63,476 bases of DNA, filler included, from 3 parts of 3 records of this genome joined end to end with filler, not necessarily neighbours in it; one strand, 5' to 3'. Positions 1 through 11,500 are shown, numbered from the whole stretch's first letter. Program-made: numbers and translations. Notes: generated by a model from the sequence alone, not told the origin.

Positions 1-281
1 AAATTACGACTTCCGGAGGCTAGTGATTTGTTATAGGAATTATTCTTTGGGTTTTATTTACCATTACATGTTATTCTTTTACTTATAGCCTTAGAGAGGT
101 ATTTAGAATTCTTAGCGTAAACGAGTACTACGACGTTGTTCTATTATCCAAACAAGAATTAATATTCTTCAATTTCTTTTTTGCTTTTGTTGCGGCTATT
201 TTTGGACAGTCATTATGTTTTAGTTTTTGGCTGAATAAACCCAAAACTTTCTTCTCGAGATACAACTATCGCAAAAATGCA

Positions 282-1361
282 ATGGTTCATGACCAACGCG
301 TTTTGAATAGTTATTTTTTGCATTGGTATAGTAAAATGGCATTGGTACTAACAACAATACTTATAGGTTTTGGTAATATTCCAAAGTTTAAAATATTCGA
401 AAATTATAAATACCTGCTTCTTTTTATCCTTTTAATATTATTTGCGCAAACCTGGAATCATATCCGCTTAAACTATAAAATAAAAAGTTTTAAATGGCAA
501 TTTTACAGCTTCGTATTTATTAGTATCCTGTCTGCCTTGTTGGCTTTTTTTAATCCTATTGATTACCAGAAAAACAACGAATTAATTTTAAGTAAAAATG
601 TATTTCACCAATACAATTTGCAGTTACCTTCTTTCAACTATAATTGCAATACATATTACTCTACTTATTATATTGACAAGCTTTACATTGCTAAAAACAA
701 TAATTCAAAAGAACCTTATACTATAATCTTTAAGGATAAACAAACTCAAATTGATTCTCTTGCAAATGTTATTGATGCTTCATTATCTGAAAGATATAGA
801 TTTGAGTTACTAAAAATAAAAGTCCATTTATATATAGATAAAGAAGTTGAAATGGATTTTATTAAGCAGGTTAATTCTGTTTTACAAAGTAGAAATTTGT
901 GGAATATAGGATATTCATTTTTATCTGATGAAAAAGCGAATCAATATTCATTTTACAGAGGTGATATATTTCCTTTTCCTTTAATGCCATCCTACAATTG
1001 TTTGCGTCCATCCTATATTAATCCACCACCGTATTTTGTATCTACTTTAAAAGAAATTCATATCAGTTATTTAAACAATAATCAGCTATTAATAAATAAA
1101 CACGCAACCCCTATTGATAAATTACACTCTGCACTATATCAAAATATATTTAAGAACTCAGATTACATTGTGATCTTTCATTCCGATAAACAAACGAATT
1201 ACAATACATATTTACAAATTTTAATTACTGCGAAAATGGTTATCGATCAATTAAGAAATGAATATGCATTCAGCAATCATCATAAACCATTTGAAGATTT
1301 AGATTACGAAATAAAAAGAGAAATCCTGAATAAATATCCTTTCTGTTTTCGAAATGAATAG
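282..1361 (+). CDS. Membrane protein with a C-terminal ExbD-like domain; true start probably further upstream
   Basis: N-terminal TM helices; C-terminal 'VIFHSDKQTNYNTYLQIL' resembles ExbD/TolR. The frame is open back to nt 27. Confidence 0.55.
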   Translation: MVHDQRVLNSYFLHWYSKMALVLTTILIGFGNIPKFKIFENYKYLLLFILLILFAQTWNHIRLNYKIKSFKWQFYSFVFISILSALLAFFNPIDYQKNNELILSKNVFHQYNLQLPSFNYNCNTYYSTYYIDKLYIAKNNNSKEPYTIIFKDKQTQIDSLANVIDASLSERYRFELLKIKVHLYIDKEVEMDFIKQVNSVLQSRNLWNIGYSFLSDEKANQYSFYRGDIFPFPLMPSYNCLRPSYINPPPYFVSTLKEIHISYLNNNQLLINKHATPIDKLHSALYQNIFKNSDYIVIFHSDKQTNYNTYLQILITAKMVIDQLRNEYAFSNHHKPFEDLDYEIKREILNKYPFCFRNE

Positions 1362-1448
1362 AGGATATATTTTTATGTATATTCGAATTCCTAAACTTAC
1401 CATTGTATTAAAATAACAAAGCTTAACTCAAAATAAATATCATTAATC

Positions 1449-1997
1449 ATGTACAAAACCTTATTACTATTGCCCCTTATTTATTTAATGGGGTGCTGCC
1501 CCAAAAACCCGGCATCCGGTAACTTTATGCTCAACGATGCTGACAACGAAAAGATTCCATATGTAATTGATCAGCAAATCTCGTTTAAACATTCCGCTGG
1601 TTTTGGTTTTCAATTTACCGTAAGCAACAACCAAATAGAAAACACCAGAACCCAGACTGAACATTGCGGCGATGACTTCTGGTTTTATCAGTACCGACAG
1701 GTTCAACTATCCAGCGATAATCCGGAACTGTATGTTACTGTAAAAACTTACCCAGCTGATTTTATTCCATACCTCGAACTAAGTGTTAACAATTATGAGT
1801 TTAAAATCGATTACAGCATCGAACCTACTTACAATGATTTTACCATCAACGGCAAAAATTATTGCGATGTGTACGAATGTACCTACGAGTATATTTATGA
1901 TGATAAAATAATTCCGAAAACCATTTGGTACAATAAAACCGAAGGCTTATTAAAAATTAAAATGACCAACCATGAAACCTATGAAATTAATCAATAG
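1449..1997 (+). CDS. Hypothetical lipoprotein
   Basis: Signal peptide with lipobox-like LMGC; 182 aa ORF. Confidence 0.7.
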   Translation: MYKTLLLLPLIYLMGCCPKNPASGNFMLNDADNEKIPYVIDQQISFKHSAGFGFQFTVSNNQIENTRTQTEHCGDDFWFYQYRQVQLSSDNPELYVTVKTYPADFIPYLELSVNNYEFKIDYSIEPTYNDFTINGKNYCDVYECTYEYIYDDKIIPKTIWYNKTEGLLKIKMTNHETYEINQ

Positions 1998-2592
1998 TCT
2001 TTTTATTCTCATACTTATTTGCATGAACTCTTGTCGCAAAGATGAATGCATTGATAGAAATCAGGTAGAAATCCATCTCAATAATATGTTGAAATGGTAT
2101 ATAACCGAGAATATTAGTCTGCAAACCATTACCGATCAAAATGGTATTTCGCAATCTTTCACTGCTTCTACTTCCGAAATTGTATTCGATGATAGCATTG
2201 AAGATGACTGTGGTCAATCCTTCGAAAGCTATTACCAGAATAGTCAATACACAACTTCTGTTTCTCCTCTCCATTTTTCATTAGATATTAATGGTTCCGG
2301 AATTGACGAAGAAGCTACTTTAAAGCTAAATGTATATAATACCAGCAATGGAGGTTATCAGGATAATACAGCCAGTTTTAATTTTATTACACGCAAATCT
2401 AATAATGCACAAGTTTCATTTGTAGACGAATTAACAACCAATTATCGTACATATTCAGACCTAATGCTTATTGAATTCGATAACCTTAACCAATCCACAG
2501 ATATAAAAGCGGTATATATTGCTAAAGGATATGGAATTGTTAAATTTATTCAGCAAAATAACAACACATTTGAAATTAGCAGTTCTAACTAA
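1981..2592 (+). CDS. Hypothetical lipoprotein
   Basis: MKLINSLFILILICMNSC signal peptide/lipobox; overlaps the upstream stop. Confidence 0.7.
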   Translation: MKLINSLFILILICMNSCRKDECIDRNQVEIHLNNMLKWYITENISLQTITDQNGISQSFTASTSEIVFDDSIEDDCGQSFESYYQNSQYTTSVSPLHFSLDINGSGIDEEATLKLNVYNTSNGGYQDNTASFNFITRKSNNAQVSFVDELTTNYRTYSDLMLIEFDNLNQSTDIKAVYIAKGYGIVKFIQQNNNTFEISSSN

Positions 2593-2604
2593 AAACCAAT
2601 CGCC

Positions 2605-3489
2605 ATGCTTAAAAACATTACCCTTTTATTGCTTCCCTTGCTTTTTACCATGTGTAATTCTGGTTCTAATCAAAAATTAGAAGGATACGAAGGTGCAAGT
2701 TCTTCATCATTATCGGAAGCTGTATCATATGATGAAGAAATGATTCCTATTACACGTATGCAGGAAGTTGCTCCTCCACCTCCACCCACTTCTTCGGAAT
2801 TAGAAAAACAACACGAAAAAAAGATTATTAAAAATGGCAATATGAGCATGGATGTGGACGATATTCATGATGCCAAACTTGCAGTTGATTCTTTACTTAA
2901 AACCTACAAGGCGTATTATGCCAACGAAAAATTATTTAATTCGGAATATAATATAAGGTATGATTTGAGCATTCGTATTCCGGCAAGTCGTTTCGAAAGC
3001 TTTATTTCTTCGCTGGAATCAGGTTATGGAAAAATCACTTTCAAAAGCATTCATGCCAATGATGTTACCGATCAGTTTATTGATATTGAAACACGCTTGC
3101 AGAACAAACAAAAATACCTGGAACAATACCGTACCTTGCTTAAAAAAGCTAAAACTATCAAGGATATTCTGGATATTGAAGAAAGGATAAGAATACTGCA
3201 GGAAGAGATTGAAAGTACAGAAGGTCGCTTAAAGTATTTATCGAATCAGGTTGATTTTAGCACCCTCGATTTGCAACTTTCTAAAGATATAGCTTACGTG
3301 TATACGCCCGGAAAAAAAGCCCGTTTTGCAGAAAGACTTAAACGTTCTTTATCCGGCGGCTGGAACGGTTTTGTGAGTTTTATATTGATACTAATTAAGC
3401 TATGGCCTTTCTGGATTGTGATAAGTTTAATTTCGTATATCATTAAAAAGAACCGGATTAAGAGAAAAAATAAAAACATCAATAAATAA
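2605..3489 (+). CDS. DUF4349 domain-containing protein
   Basis: KKIIKNG..., IRIP..F, DVTDQFID.E.RL, coiled coil and C-terminal TM helix, all typical of DUF4349. Confidence 0.85.
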   Translation: MLKNITLLLLPLLFTMCNSGSNQKLEGYEGASSSSLSEAVSYDEEMIPITRMQEVAPPPPPTSSELEKQHEKKIIKNGNMSMDVDDIHDAKLAVDSLLKTYKAYYANEKLFNSEYNIRYDLSIRIPASRFESFISSLESGYGKITFKSIHANDVTDQFIDIETRLQNKQKYLEQYRTLLKKAKTIKDILDIEERIRILQEEIESTEGRLKYLSNQVDFSTLDLQLSKDIAYVYTPGKKARFAERLKRSLSGGWNGFVSFILILIKLWPFWIVISLISYIIKKNRIKRKNKNINK

Positions 3490-3496
3490 TCAGTTT

Positions 3497-4093
3497 ATGA
3501 AGATCAAACACATTGTTGTAAGTTTAGTTTTAACCGTATTAACTGTTGGTATTTCCAAGGCTCAGAAAAACGGAGAGCTGTTTATAGGAGGATCACTTTC
3601 TATTAATAATTCAAATTCCGAAGATGTTGATTCCGATGATAAAAAAACGAGTGTTTATATTAGCCCAATCTTTGGAAAGATGATTAACGATAAAATTGCA
3701 CTTGGAATTAATGTGCAATATAATTATTCAAAATCAGAGTATAACGAACATAGTCTTAGCTGGAATTCAAGCTATAAGTCGGAAGTGCTTTCTTTTATTC
3801 CATTTGTAAGAATACATAGTCGCATAGCCGAGAAGCTAAAATTTTATTCTCAACCTTTTATCGGCACTAGTTTTCTGCTCAATGATGAAAGTGAGCACCG
3901 AACTGAATTTTATAATGCTGGAATAACTTTTGGTTTTATTTATAGCTTTTTACCGCAATGGAGTCTGGAAACCAGTTTTGCAGGTCTGGAATACACGTAC
4001 CAATCGGATAAAGATTACGACGTTAAAGCCAACCAGTTTTATTTACACAATAACCTGGCAAACTTTAATATTGGCGTACGACATTATTTTTAG
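3497..4093 (+). CDS. Outer membrane beta-barrel protein
   Basis: Signal peptide, alternating beta-strands, C-terminal 'NIGVRHYF' aromatic end. Confidence 0.8.
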   Translation: MKIKHIVVSLVLTVLTVGISKAQKNGELFIGGSLSINNSNSEDVDSDDKKTSVYISPIFGKMINDKIALGINVQYNYSKSEYNEHSLSWNSSYKSEVLSFIPFVRIHSRIAEKLKFYSQPFIGTSFLLNDESEHRTEFYNAGITFGFIYSFLPQWSLETSFAGLEYTYQSDKDYDVKANQFYLHNNLANFNIGVRHYF

Positions 4094-4120
4094 AACCAAA
4101 AATTGGAATTGCATTAGATA

Positions 4121-4225
4121 TTGCTCCAACGGAGCAAGGTAATATTGCGTAGTCATACAAATGAGCATAGCGTAATTTGTAGGGCTGCATATAAATAATG
4201 CAAATCAAAGAAGCACCAAAGGTGC
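4121..4225. repeat. REP/REPIN-like palindromes at the 3' flank of the Y1 transposase
   Basis: TTGCTCC-AAC-GGAGCAA (4121-4137) and GCACC-AAA-GGTGC (4213-4225). Confidence 0.7.
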
Positions 4226-4232
4226 GAGAGTA

Positions 4233-4685
4233 TCAATCCCAAATATAACGTTCGTCATATGGCATATCATAGTTTTTCAAAAAACGAACAAACTCTTTTT
4301 TATAGTCTAATTTCCGATGATGTTCTTTTTGATTTTGTATATATCTAACCACATATTCTACCTGTTTCGGATTAACTGAAAACGCACCATAACCATGTTG
4401 CCAATAAAACTCAACGAATTCAGCTCCTTTTGTTTTTATCCATTTAGACGAATGTGTTTTCAATTTCTCAACCAAAAGCATCAAAGGCATTTTACGTGAT
4501 AAATTCACCAAAATATGTACGTGATCATCTACTCCCCCAACTATTAATGACGGAGAACCCAATTCTCGACTTGTTCCTCCGATATACCTGAACAACTCCT
4601 CCTGTATATCTTCGCTAATGAGTGAAGCCCTGTTTTTGGTACTAAACGTGATGTGAATATAATTCTTGACTAAAGATTGTGGCAT
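4233..4685 (-). mobile_element. tnpA: IS200/IS605-family Y1 (HUH) transposase, TnpA/RAYT-like
   Basis: HITFSTK, DHVH (HUH motif), WQHGYGAFSV, RYIQNQ (catalytic Tyr); probable start MPQS at 4685. Confidence 0.9.
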
Positions 4686-4718
4686 TTTTATTTTAAGATA
4701 AGCAATATAATTGATTCC

Positions 4719-4797
4719 GCTCCTTCGGAGCTTGATTTGCATTACCTCCTATACCTTGTTCTATGGACAAGGCTAATTACGATGCACCTTTGGTGCA
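4719..4797. repeat. REP/REPIN-like palindromes at the 5' flank of the Y1 transposase
   Basis: GCTCC-TTC-GGAGC (4719-4731), CCTTGT-N7-ACAAGG (4754-4772), TGCACC-TTT-GGTGCA (4783-4797). Confidence 0.7.
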
Positions 4798-4856
4798 GGT
4801 TGTTTGAACATCATCGTTTTATCTTGTATCTTCGCAGCGCATATTAAACTAAAGGA

Positions 4857-5741
4857 ATGAAACACAAAGCTGGATTTGTAAATATTGTTGGGAACCCAAA
4901 TGTAGGTAAATCAACCTTAACCAATAAATTGGTTGGAGAACGATTGTCAATCATCACCTCAAAAGCCCAAACTACGCGTCATCGTATATTGGGAATTGTA
5001 AATGATGAAGAGTACCAAATTGTTTTTTCAGATACACCAGGGGTACTTAAACCCAACTATAAATTACAGGAATCCATGTTGCGTTTTTCAAAAACGGCTT
5101 TACAGGATGCTGATGTTATTGTTTACATGACCGATGTGGTTGAAAAAATGGATAAAAACAGTGACTTCCTTAACAGTGTAAAAAAAACAAAAGCACCGGT
5201 ATTGCTTGTCATCAATAAAATTGACGAATCCAATCCGGAACAATTAGATGCTTTGGTGAGCACGTGGAAAGAGGAATTACCCAATGCCGAAATTTATCCT
5301 ATGTCGGCATTACACGGTTTCAATACTGATAACCTGATGAAACGCATCAAAGAATTATTACCGGAGTGTGATCCATATTTCGATAAAGATGCTTTGACAG
5401 ATAAACCTACACGTTTCTTTATATCTGAAATCATTCGCGAAAAGATTTTACTTTACTATCAAAAGGAAATTCCTTACTCGGTAGAAGTAGAAGTAGAGGA
5501 ATTTAAAGAAGATGAAAAACAAATAAATATACGCGCCGTTATTCATGTGGCTCGCGACTCTCAAAAAGGAATTATTATCGGTCATCAGGGTAATGCGCTA
5601 AAGAAAACCGGAACTGAAGCCCGAAAAGACATGGAGAAGTTTTTGGGTAAAAAAGTCTTTTTGCAATTATATGTTAAGGTTAGTAAAGATTGGCGCAATA
5701 AAGACAAGTCGCTCATAAACTTTGGTTACGACCAAAAATAA
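4857..5741 (+). CDS. era: GTPase Era
   Basis: GNPNVGKS, QTTR, DTPG, NKID and C-terminal KH domain. Confidence 0.97.
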   Translation: MKHKAGFVNIVGNPNVGKSTLTNKLVGERLSIITSKAQTTRHRILGIVNDEEYQIVFSDTPGVLKPNYKLQESMLRFSKTALQDADVIVYMTDVVEKMDKNSDFLNSVKKTKAPVLLVINKIDESNPEQLDALVSTWKEELPNAEIYPMSALHGFNTDNLMKRIKELLPECDPYFDKDALTDKPTRFFISEIIREKILLYYQKEIPYSVEVEVEEFKEDEKQINIRAVIHVARDSQKGIIIGHQGNALKKTGTEARKDMEKFLGKKVFLQLYVKVSKDWRNKDKSLINFGYDQK

Positions 5742-5750
5742 TTATCTTTG
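5721..5750 (+). promoter_or_regulatory. Bacteroidota housekeeping promoter (-33 TTTG / -7 TAnnTTTG) upstream of der
   Basis: TTTG at 5721-5724 and TATCTTTG at 5743-5750. Confidence 0.55.
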
Positions 5751-5790
5751 CAGCCCTTTTATAAATTGAATATCGTAAAACAGGAGGAAA

Positions 5791-7095
5791 ATGGGAAATA
5801 TTGCAGCCATTGTAGGTCGCCCAAATGTGGGAAAATCAACGCTTTTCAACAGGCTTACAGAAACACGTACAGCCATTGTTAATGAAGAAAGCGGTGTTAC
5901 CCGCGATCGTATTTATGGAAAAAGCTTTTGGAATGGTCTTGATTTTTCTGTGATTGACACCGGAGGTTATGCCGTTGGTTCAGACGATATTTTTGAAGAA
6001 GAAATTCGTAAGCAAGTCTTAATTGCCATCGAAGAGGCCGATATTATATTATTTATGCTGGATGTTACAACCGGCATAACCGATTACGACGAAATGGTAG
6101 CTAATATCCTTCGTCGAAGTGATAAAAAAGTTATCATGGTAGCCAATAAAGTTGATAACCCGGAAAGATTAACCGAAGCCAGCTATTTTTATGCTTTAGG
6201 TATCGAGGAAATGTTTCCTATTTCATCCATCAATGGTTCAGGAACCGGAGATTTGCTGGATCGTATGGTGGAATTATTCCCTAGCAAAGAGAATGTAGAA
6301 CAACTGGATATTCCTCGTTTTGCAATTGTTGGGCGACCAAACGCTGGTAAATCATCCATTGTAAATGCCTTTATTGGTGAAGAAAGAAATATTGTTACGC
6401 CTATTTCAGGAACAACCAGAGATTCTATTTACACCCGATATAATAAATTTGGTCATGATTTTTATCTGGTTGATACAGCCGGAGTTCGTAAAAAGTCAAA
6501 AGTGTCAGAAGATCTTGAATTTTACAGTGTGATGCGTGCCATTCGTGCCATCGAAAACTCTGATGTTTGTATATTAATGGTAGACGCCACTCGTGGTGTA
6601 GAAAGCCAGGATCAGAAAATATTCCAGATTATCCAGAAAAACAAAAAGGGAATTGTGGTTTTAATTAATAAATGGGATTTAATTGAAAAAGATACCATGA
6701 CCACAAAAAAATACGAAGAGCAAGTTCGTAAGAAATTCGCTCCTTTTGTAGATTTCCCAATTGTTTTTACTTCGGTAATTAATAAGCAAAGAATTCATAA
6801 GGCCTTGGAAATGGCCGTACAGGTTTATGAAAATAAAACCCGCAAAATACCTACTTCGCAATTAAACGATGCGATGCAACAAATAGTAAATGACAATCCT
6901 CCACCATCAACCAAAGGAAAATACATAAAAATCAAATACATTATGCAGTTGCCAACGAACACGCCTGCATTTGCGTTTTTCTGTAATCTTCCGCAATATG
7001 TAAAAGATCCTTACAAACGTTTCCTCGAAAACAAAATTCGTAAAATGTGGGATTTTAATGGTGTACCGGTACAAATCTTTATGCGAAAAAAATAA
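5791..7095 (+). CDS. der: Ribosome biogenesis GTPase Der (EngA)
   Basis: Two tandem G domains ([16 protein letters not shown]) plus KH-like C-terminus. Confidence 0.97.
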   Translation: MGNIAAIVGRPNVGKSTLFNRLTETRTAIVNEESGVTRDRIYGKSFWNGLDFSVIDTGGYAVGSDDIFEEEIRKQVLIAIEEADIILFMLDVTTGITDYDEMVANILRRSDKKVIMVANKVDNPERLTEASYFYALGIEEMFPISSINGSGTGDLLDRMVELFPSKENVEQLDIPRFAIVGRPNAGKSSIVNAFIGEERNIVTPISGTTRDSIYTRYNKFGHDFYLVDTAGVRKKSKVSEDLEFYSVMRAIRAIENSDVCILMVDATRGVESQDQKIFQIIQKNKKGIVVLINKWDLIEKDTMTTKKYEEQVRKKFAPFVDFPIVFTSVINKQRIHKALEMAVQVYENKTRKIPTSQLNDAMQQIVNDNPPPSTKGKYIKIKYIMQLPTNTPAFAFFCNLPQYVKDPYKRFLENKIRKMWDFNGVPVQIFMRKK

Positions 7096-7113
7096 AAAGC
7101 ATCATATCAACAG

Positions 7114-7148
7114 AGCAGCCCTTAATCAAGTGGCTGCTTTTTTATTTT
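7114..7148 (+). terminator. Intrinsic terminator after der
   Basis: AGCAGCC-N11-GGCTGCT followed by a T tract. Confidence 0.75.
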
Positions 7149-7227
7149 AAAACTTTTAACCTTTTCATTCGACCCCTTGTTTGGAAAGAATTCAAATTAG
7201 AAGTATTTTCGCTGAAAATTAAGTGCT

Positions 7228-7953
7228 ATGTTAATAACAGCGGATATGAAGATGGCTGAACTAATCTTATTAGATTTTCAGCTTTTGGCATTTTTACACA
7301 GAATGGATATTCCTTTGGGTTTTAAAGAAAAAACCATTCAGGAAATATGTAAAGAGCAAGGAGTAGATACTGATTTTTTCATACAAATGGCAAATGCCTT
7401 TCATGATAAAGATTATCTGCCAAAAGAAAAGCTAAAAAACTTCAAAGCTGAATGTCTGATCAGTTATCTACGCAGAACGCACGAAAATTACCTCGATCAT
7501 AAAATCCCTGAAATTCAACGACAAATTGTTGAGTTAGAAGAGGATTTAAAGGAAACTACACATAGTTATGATTTAATTAAAAACTTCTTCAAAGAATATA
7601 TTGGTGAATTCAGCACCCATATTGATCTGGAAGAAAGAACTGTTTTTCCATATGTGCTAGAACTATCAAAGAGTATAGAAAACCAAAGTAAAACAGAGTT
7701 TTTCAAAGAACATTTTGACAGTTTCAAAATTGATAAATATCTGGAGGAACATAACGATATTGAGGAGAAGCTTTTCGATTTAAAAAACATACTGGTCAAG
7801 TACCTGTCGCCTCCTGTTAATAATGTCAAATACAATGCTCTATTATTCGATATTTTCAGATTGGAACAGGATTTAAAGGATCATTCCATTTTAGAAGAAA
7901 AAGTTTTAATCCCCAGGGTTAAAGACATGGAAAAAGAGTTGAAAAACATCTAA
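7228..7953 (+). CDS. Hemerythrin-domain protein (Ric/ScdA-like)
   Basis: N-terminal 'LGFKEKTIQEICKEQGVD'; H..Y, HIDLEE and HSILEE hemerythrin ligand motifs. Confidence 0.8.
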   Translation: MLITADMKMAELILLDFQLLAFLHRMDIPLGFKEKTIQEICKEQGVDTDFFIQMANAFHDKDYLPKEKLKNFKAECLISYLRRTHENYLDHKIPEIQRQIVELEEDLKETTHSYDLIKNFFKEYIGEFSTHIDLEERTVFPYVLELSKSIENQSKTEFFKEHFDSFKIDKYLEEHNDIEEKLFDLKNILVKYLSPPVNNVKYNALLFDIFRLEQDLKDHSILEEKVLIPRVKDMEKELKNI

Positions 7954-7964
7954 TTAAATAGTTT

Positions 7965-8543
7965 ATGGTTAGAATATTATTAGCAGAGCCGTCCTATTTA
8001 GTTAGAAAAGGTTTAGCAACTATTTTAGGGGAATTAAAGGCGGTTACTCATACCGAAGAAATTGCAGGTTTAGATGATTTGGCAGATGCTTTAAAATCTT
8101 CTGTTCCGAATTTGATATTAATTAATACAACGATTAGTTGTTTATCCGAAGCTGATGCTATTATAAAAAAGCATGCGACAGATGCCAAGGTAATTTCAAT
8201 TTACAATACTCCATTGCCTGATGATGGCAACGAAACCACCTTATCTGTTTTTGACTCTAAGTCTATTCTTTTAAATAAAATCAGAAATCAGGTTAAGAAC
8301 GTTCAACAATCCGTTAATCAGCAGGAAAATTCTGAAGATTTAAGCGATAGAGAAAAAGATGTGCTTAAAAAAGTAGCATTGGGTAAAACCAATAAAGAAG
8401 TGGCTAACGAGCTATTTATAAGTACGCATACTGTTATTTCTCATCGTAAAAATATTACACGTAAATTGGGAATTAAAACAGTTTCCGGTTTAACCGTTTA
8501 TGCTATTTTAAACAACTTAATTAAACTAGACGATATTTCCTGA
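7965..8543 (+). CDS. LuxR-family HTH regulator with an atypical receiver-like N-terminus
   Basis: LSDREKDVL..VALGKTNKEVA..LFISTHTVISHRKNI. Confidence 0.9.
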   Translation: MVRILLAEPSYLVRKGLATILGELKAVTHTEEIAGLDDLADALKSSVPNLILINTTISCLSEADAIIKKHATDAKVISIYNTPLPDDGNETTLSVFDSKSILLNKIRNQVKNVQQSVNQQENSEDLSDREKDVLKKVALGKTNKEVANELFISTHTVISHRKNITRKLGIKTVSGLTVYAILNNLIKLDDIS

Positions 8544-11500
8544 TTATAGATCGTATGCAGGAAACTCAACATAAAAAGTAGTTCCTTCATTTTCTTGGGT
8601 TTCGAACCAAATTTTACCATTCGTATTTTTTACAATATTCTTAACGATCGCCAAACCTAATCCCATGCCGGATGTTTTGGTTGTAAAATTGGGCGTAAAT
8701 AACTTTTCTTGTGCTTCAGCCGGAATCCCTCTTCCATTATCTTTAACCTTGATTAAAATAGAGTTTCCTTTTTCCTCAGCCATAACCTGAATTACACCCT
8801 CCTTCTTATCTGGAATGGACTGAATCGCATTCTGGAGCAAATTATTAAATACACTAATTAATTGCTCAGCATCTGCATATATAAAGTAACTCTCAATGCC
8901 ATTCGGGTTTACGCTTATATCCACATTTTTAGATTTATCGAATAAACCTACACAACGAGCCAATACCTCCAATACATTTACTTTCTTGCGCTTGGCTATT
9001 GGCATTTTGGCAAAATTAGAGAACTCTGAGGCAATACTGGATAACTTATCTATTTGATCAATCAAAGTATTCGAAACACGCTTTAACTTTTGCTCAAAAT
9101 CGGCATCCTTATTTTTCTGAGCCATTTCCAAATATTGAATACTTAGCTTCATAGGCGTTAATGGATTCTTAATTTCATGCGCAATTTGTCGGGCCATTTC
9201 ACGCCATGCTGATTCTCGCTCTGATCTTGCTAACTTCTCGGCACTTTCCGATAGTTCATCTACCATCCTGTTGTATTCTTTCACTAACTGACCTATTTCG
9301 TCATTCCCTTTATATTCTATTTTCTCATTTCTTCCTCCCAACCTCAACTCGCTTAGTTTATTCTGAACCACCAATAAAGGATGCGTAATACGTCGAGAAA
9401 CCACAACTGTTAGTCCAATAACAACAATTAAAAATATCAAGTAGAAATTCACAATTGCCATTACTAACGAAGAAACTTCCTCTCGTAGTTCACTGGTTCC
9501 AACAAAGTATGGCATATTTAAATAAGCCAAGAGTTCATTATTCATATTATACAAGGGTACATAAGCTGATAGATATTTCAATTGCCCAATGGATTCCCTG
9601 TGAATATACTCCCTTTCACCCTTCTGACTCAATTCTATAAACCCTTTACTATTCATTAAATGCCCTAACAAGCCTTTATTAAAAAGTTCTGGTCGCGATG
9701 ATGCCAATAACCTTCCCGATGCATCATACATATTGATATCTGTATAAAATACACTGGAGAATTTTTTCAGAAGACTAGATAGGTATTCTTCCATTTCGGG
9801 TTTAATTTCATCTACATATCCAACTTTATGCTCCAATTCCATTAAAACCGATCGGGTCTTTTCCGACAACATTTGGTTGTTTTTAATCTCAAACCTTCGA
9901 ATGGTTTGCCACACTGAACCACCTGCAATCACCATCAATAAAGCTAACATTAATCCAATAAAGGCTATCTGAATTCTTTCCTGTACCGAAAAAATATACA
10001 TTAGCCTATCCCTTTTAATTCGTGTGATTAGCATTAAAAAGGCACCAAATATAAAGAAGGAGATAAAGAAAATAGAGTAAGCCACCAATATCATCGACAG
10101 TCCAACCTTAGGCAAGGATAAAATCACACACACACCTTCTTCCGGATGGTATGTCATATGCGAGTAACCTTCGTATAAATATGCATTAAAGTTTTGATCG
10201 CCATTGACTATTCGATTATGATTGATCGGGTATTCAAATTCTCCGGATTGTTTAACTAAAACACCATCAATATATTTACCATATGAGTATCCTTCTAATG
10301 GAGCTCTAAGTTGTGTTTCACGTTCAGAAAGCAATAATTCAGGATATCCAGGCCCTTCAAAGTAAGGCTTAGCCACTAATTCAATATATAAACGAGTTTC
10401 TTTTTGCAGGTCATTCTCAAACCATTTAAAAACCCCAAAATACGTCTCTACTCCACTTGAACTTTCTAAAAAATAAAAATGACGGCTCCCCATTACCTGA
10501 GTTCCATTATTTAGCAATAATTCATCAAAATAATCGTAACAACCTAAAGTTCTGTCCTGATCTTCAATATGCACATCTCCTTCAGGCCAGCAAGGAACCA
10601 CCTGTACATCGTATCGATTTAAATATCCTTGTAAATAACTTCGTTTAATATACCGCTCCAGTTTATCTACATTAATTTTTACTTTAGAAACCTCCTTTTT
10701 TATAATAGTATCATTGGCAATGGAATTCTCCGATTCCTTTAATAATAACTCCGACAATGGATCTTCTTCCTGCATTAATCGAAACGAAAGGTTCTCTATC
10801 AGTAATTTCCTTGCCTCTTTTTCACTTTGCGCATTATAGTAATAAAAGGTAATTACCGCATACAAGGCAAAAACAGATACAAACCAAATAAAAGTATTAT
10901 AGGCGTGATAACTTTTTCGGCGAGTTACCCATACTAACATTAAGCAAATGATTAAAAAGATAACAATGCCCAGGATGTAGAAGGTAGAAAAACTAAAAAG
11001 TACCATTAAGGACATGCTCACAAGAATAAGCCAGGTAATACGTTTTTTACTTAACTGTTCTAAAAATACCTTGATACTTTTCTCTAAAAGAAGAATAGCC
11101 GACAACCATAATAAAGAGATGATAAAAAGCCTTACAATATCCAGAACACCAATATCTGTAATCTTAAATAAGATAGGTGCTGATGCTGAGTTAGAAACCA
11201 ATAAGGCAACAATTTTATTTAATACAAACCAACTCGCATAAATTGAAACGATAGCCGATATAACAACTATAGCACAGGTGAACGTTTTTTTAGGTAGCTG
11301 AACTATAATAGATGGTAAACCAACAAATTTATAATACACATATGATTTTGCATAAACCAACAATGCAAATATGAGCATGCTACCCATGTTGGGAAACAGA
11401 TCGGAGGCTCCAAAATAAATAGGCGAAAACAATTCGGTTTCAAAAGCTATAGAAGGGAAAAAATATTTGGCATGGAAATAATACAAAATACTACTTACAA

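Noticed and set aside
4686-4742. N-terminal extension of tnpA given by the ORF track (MQIKLRR...)
   Set aside because: It overlaps the flanking REP hairpin; this family typically starts at MPQS (4685).
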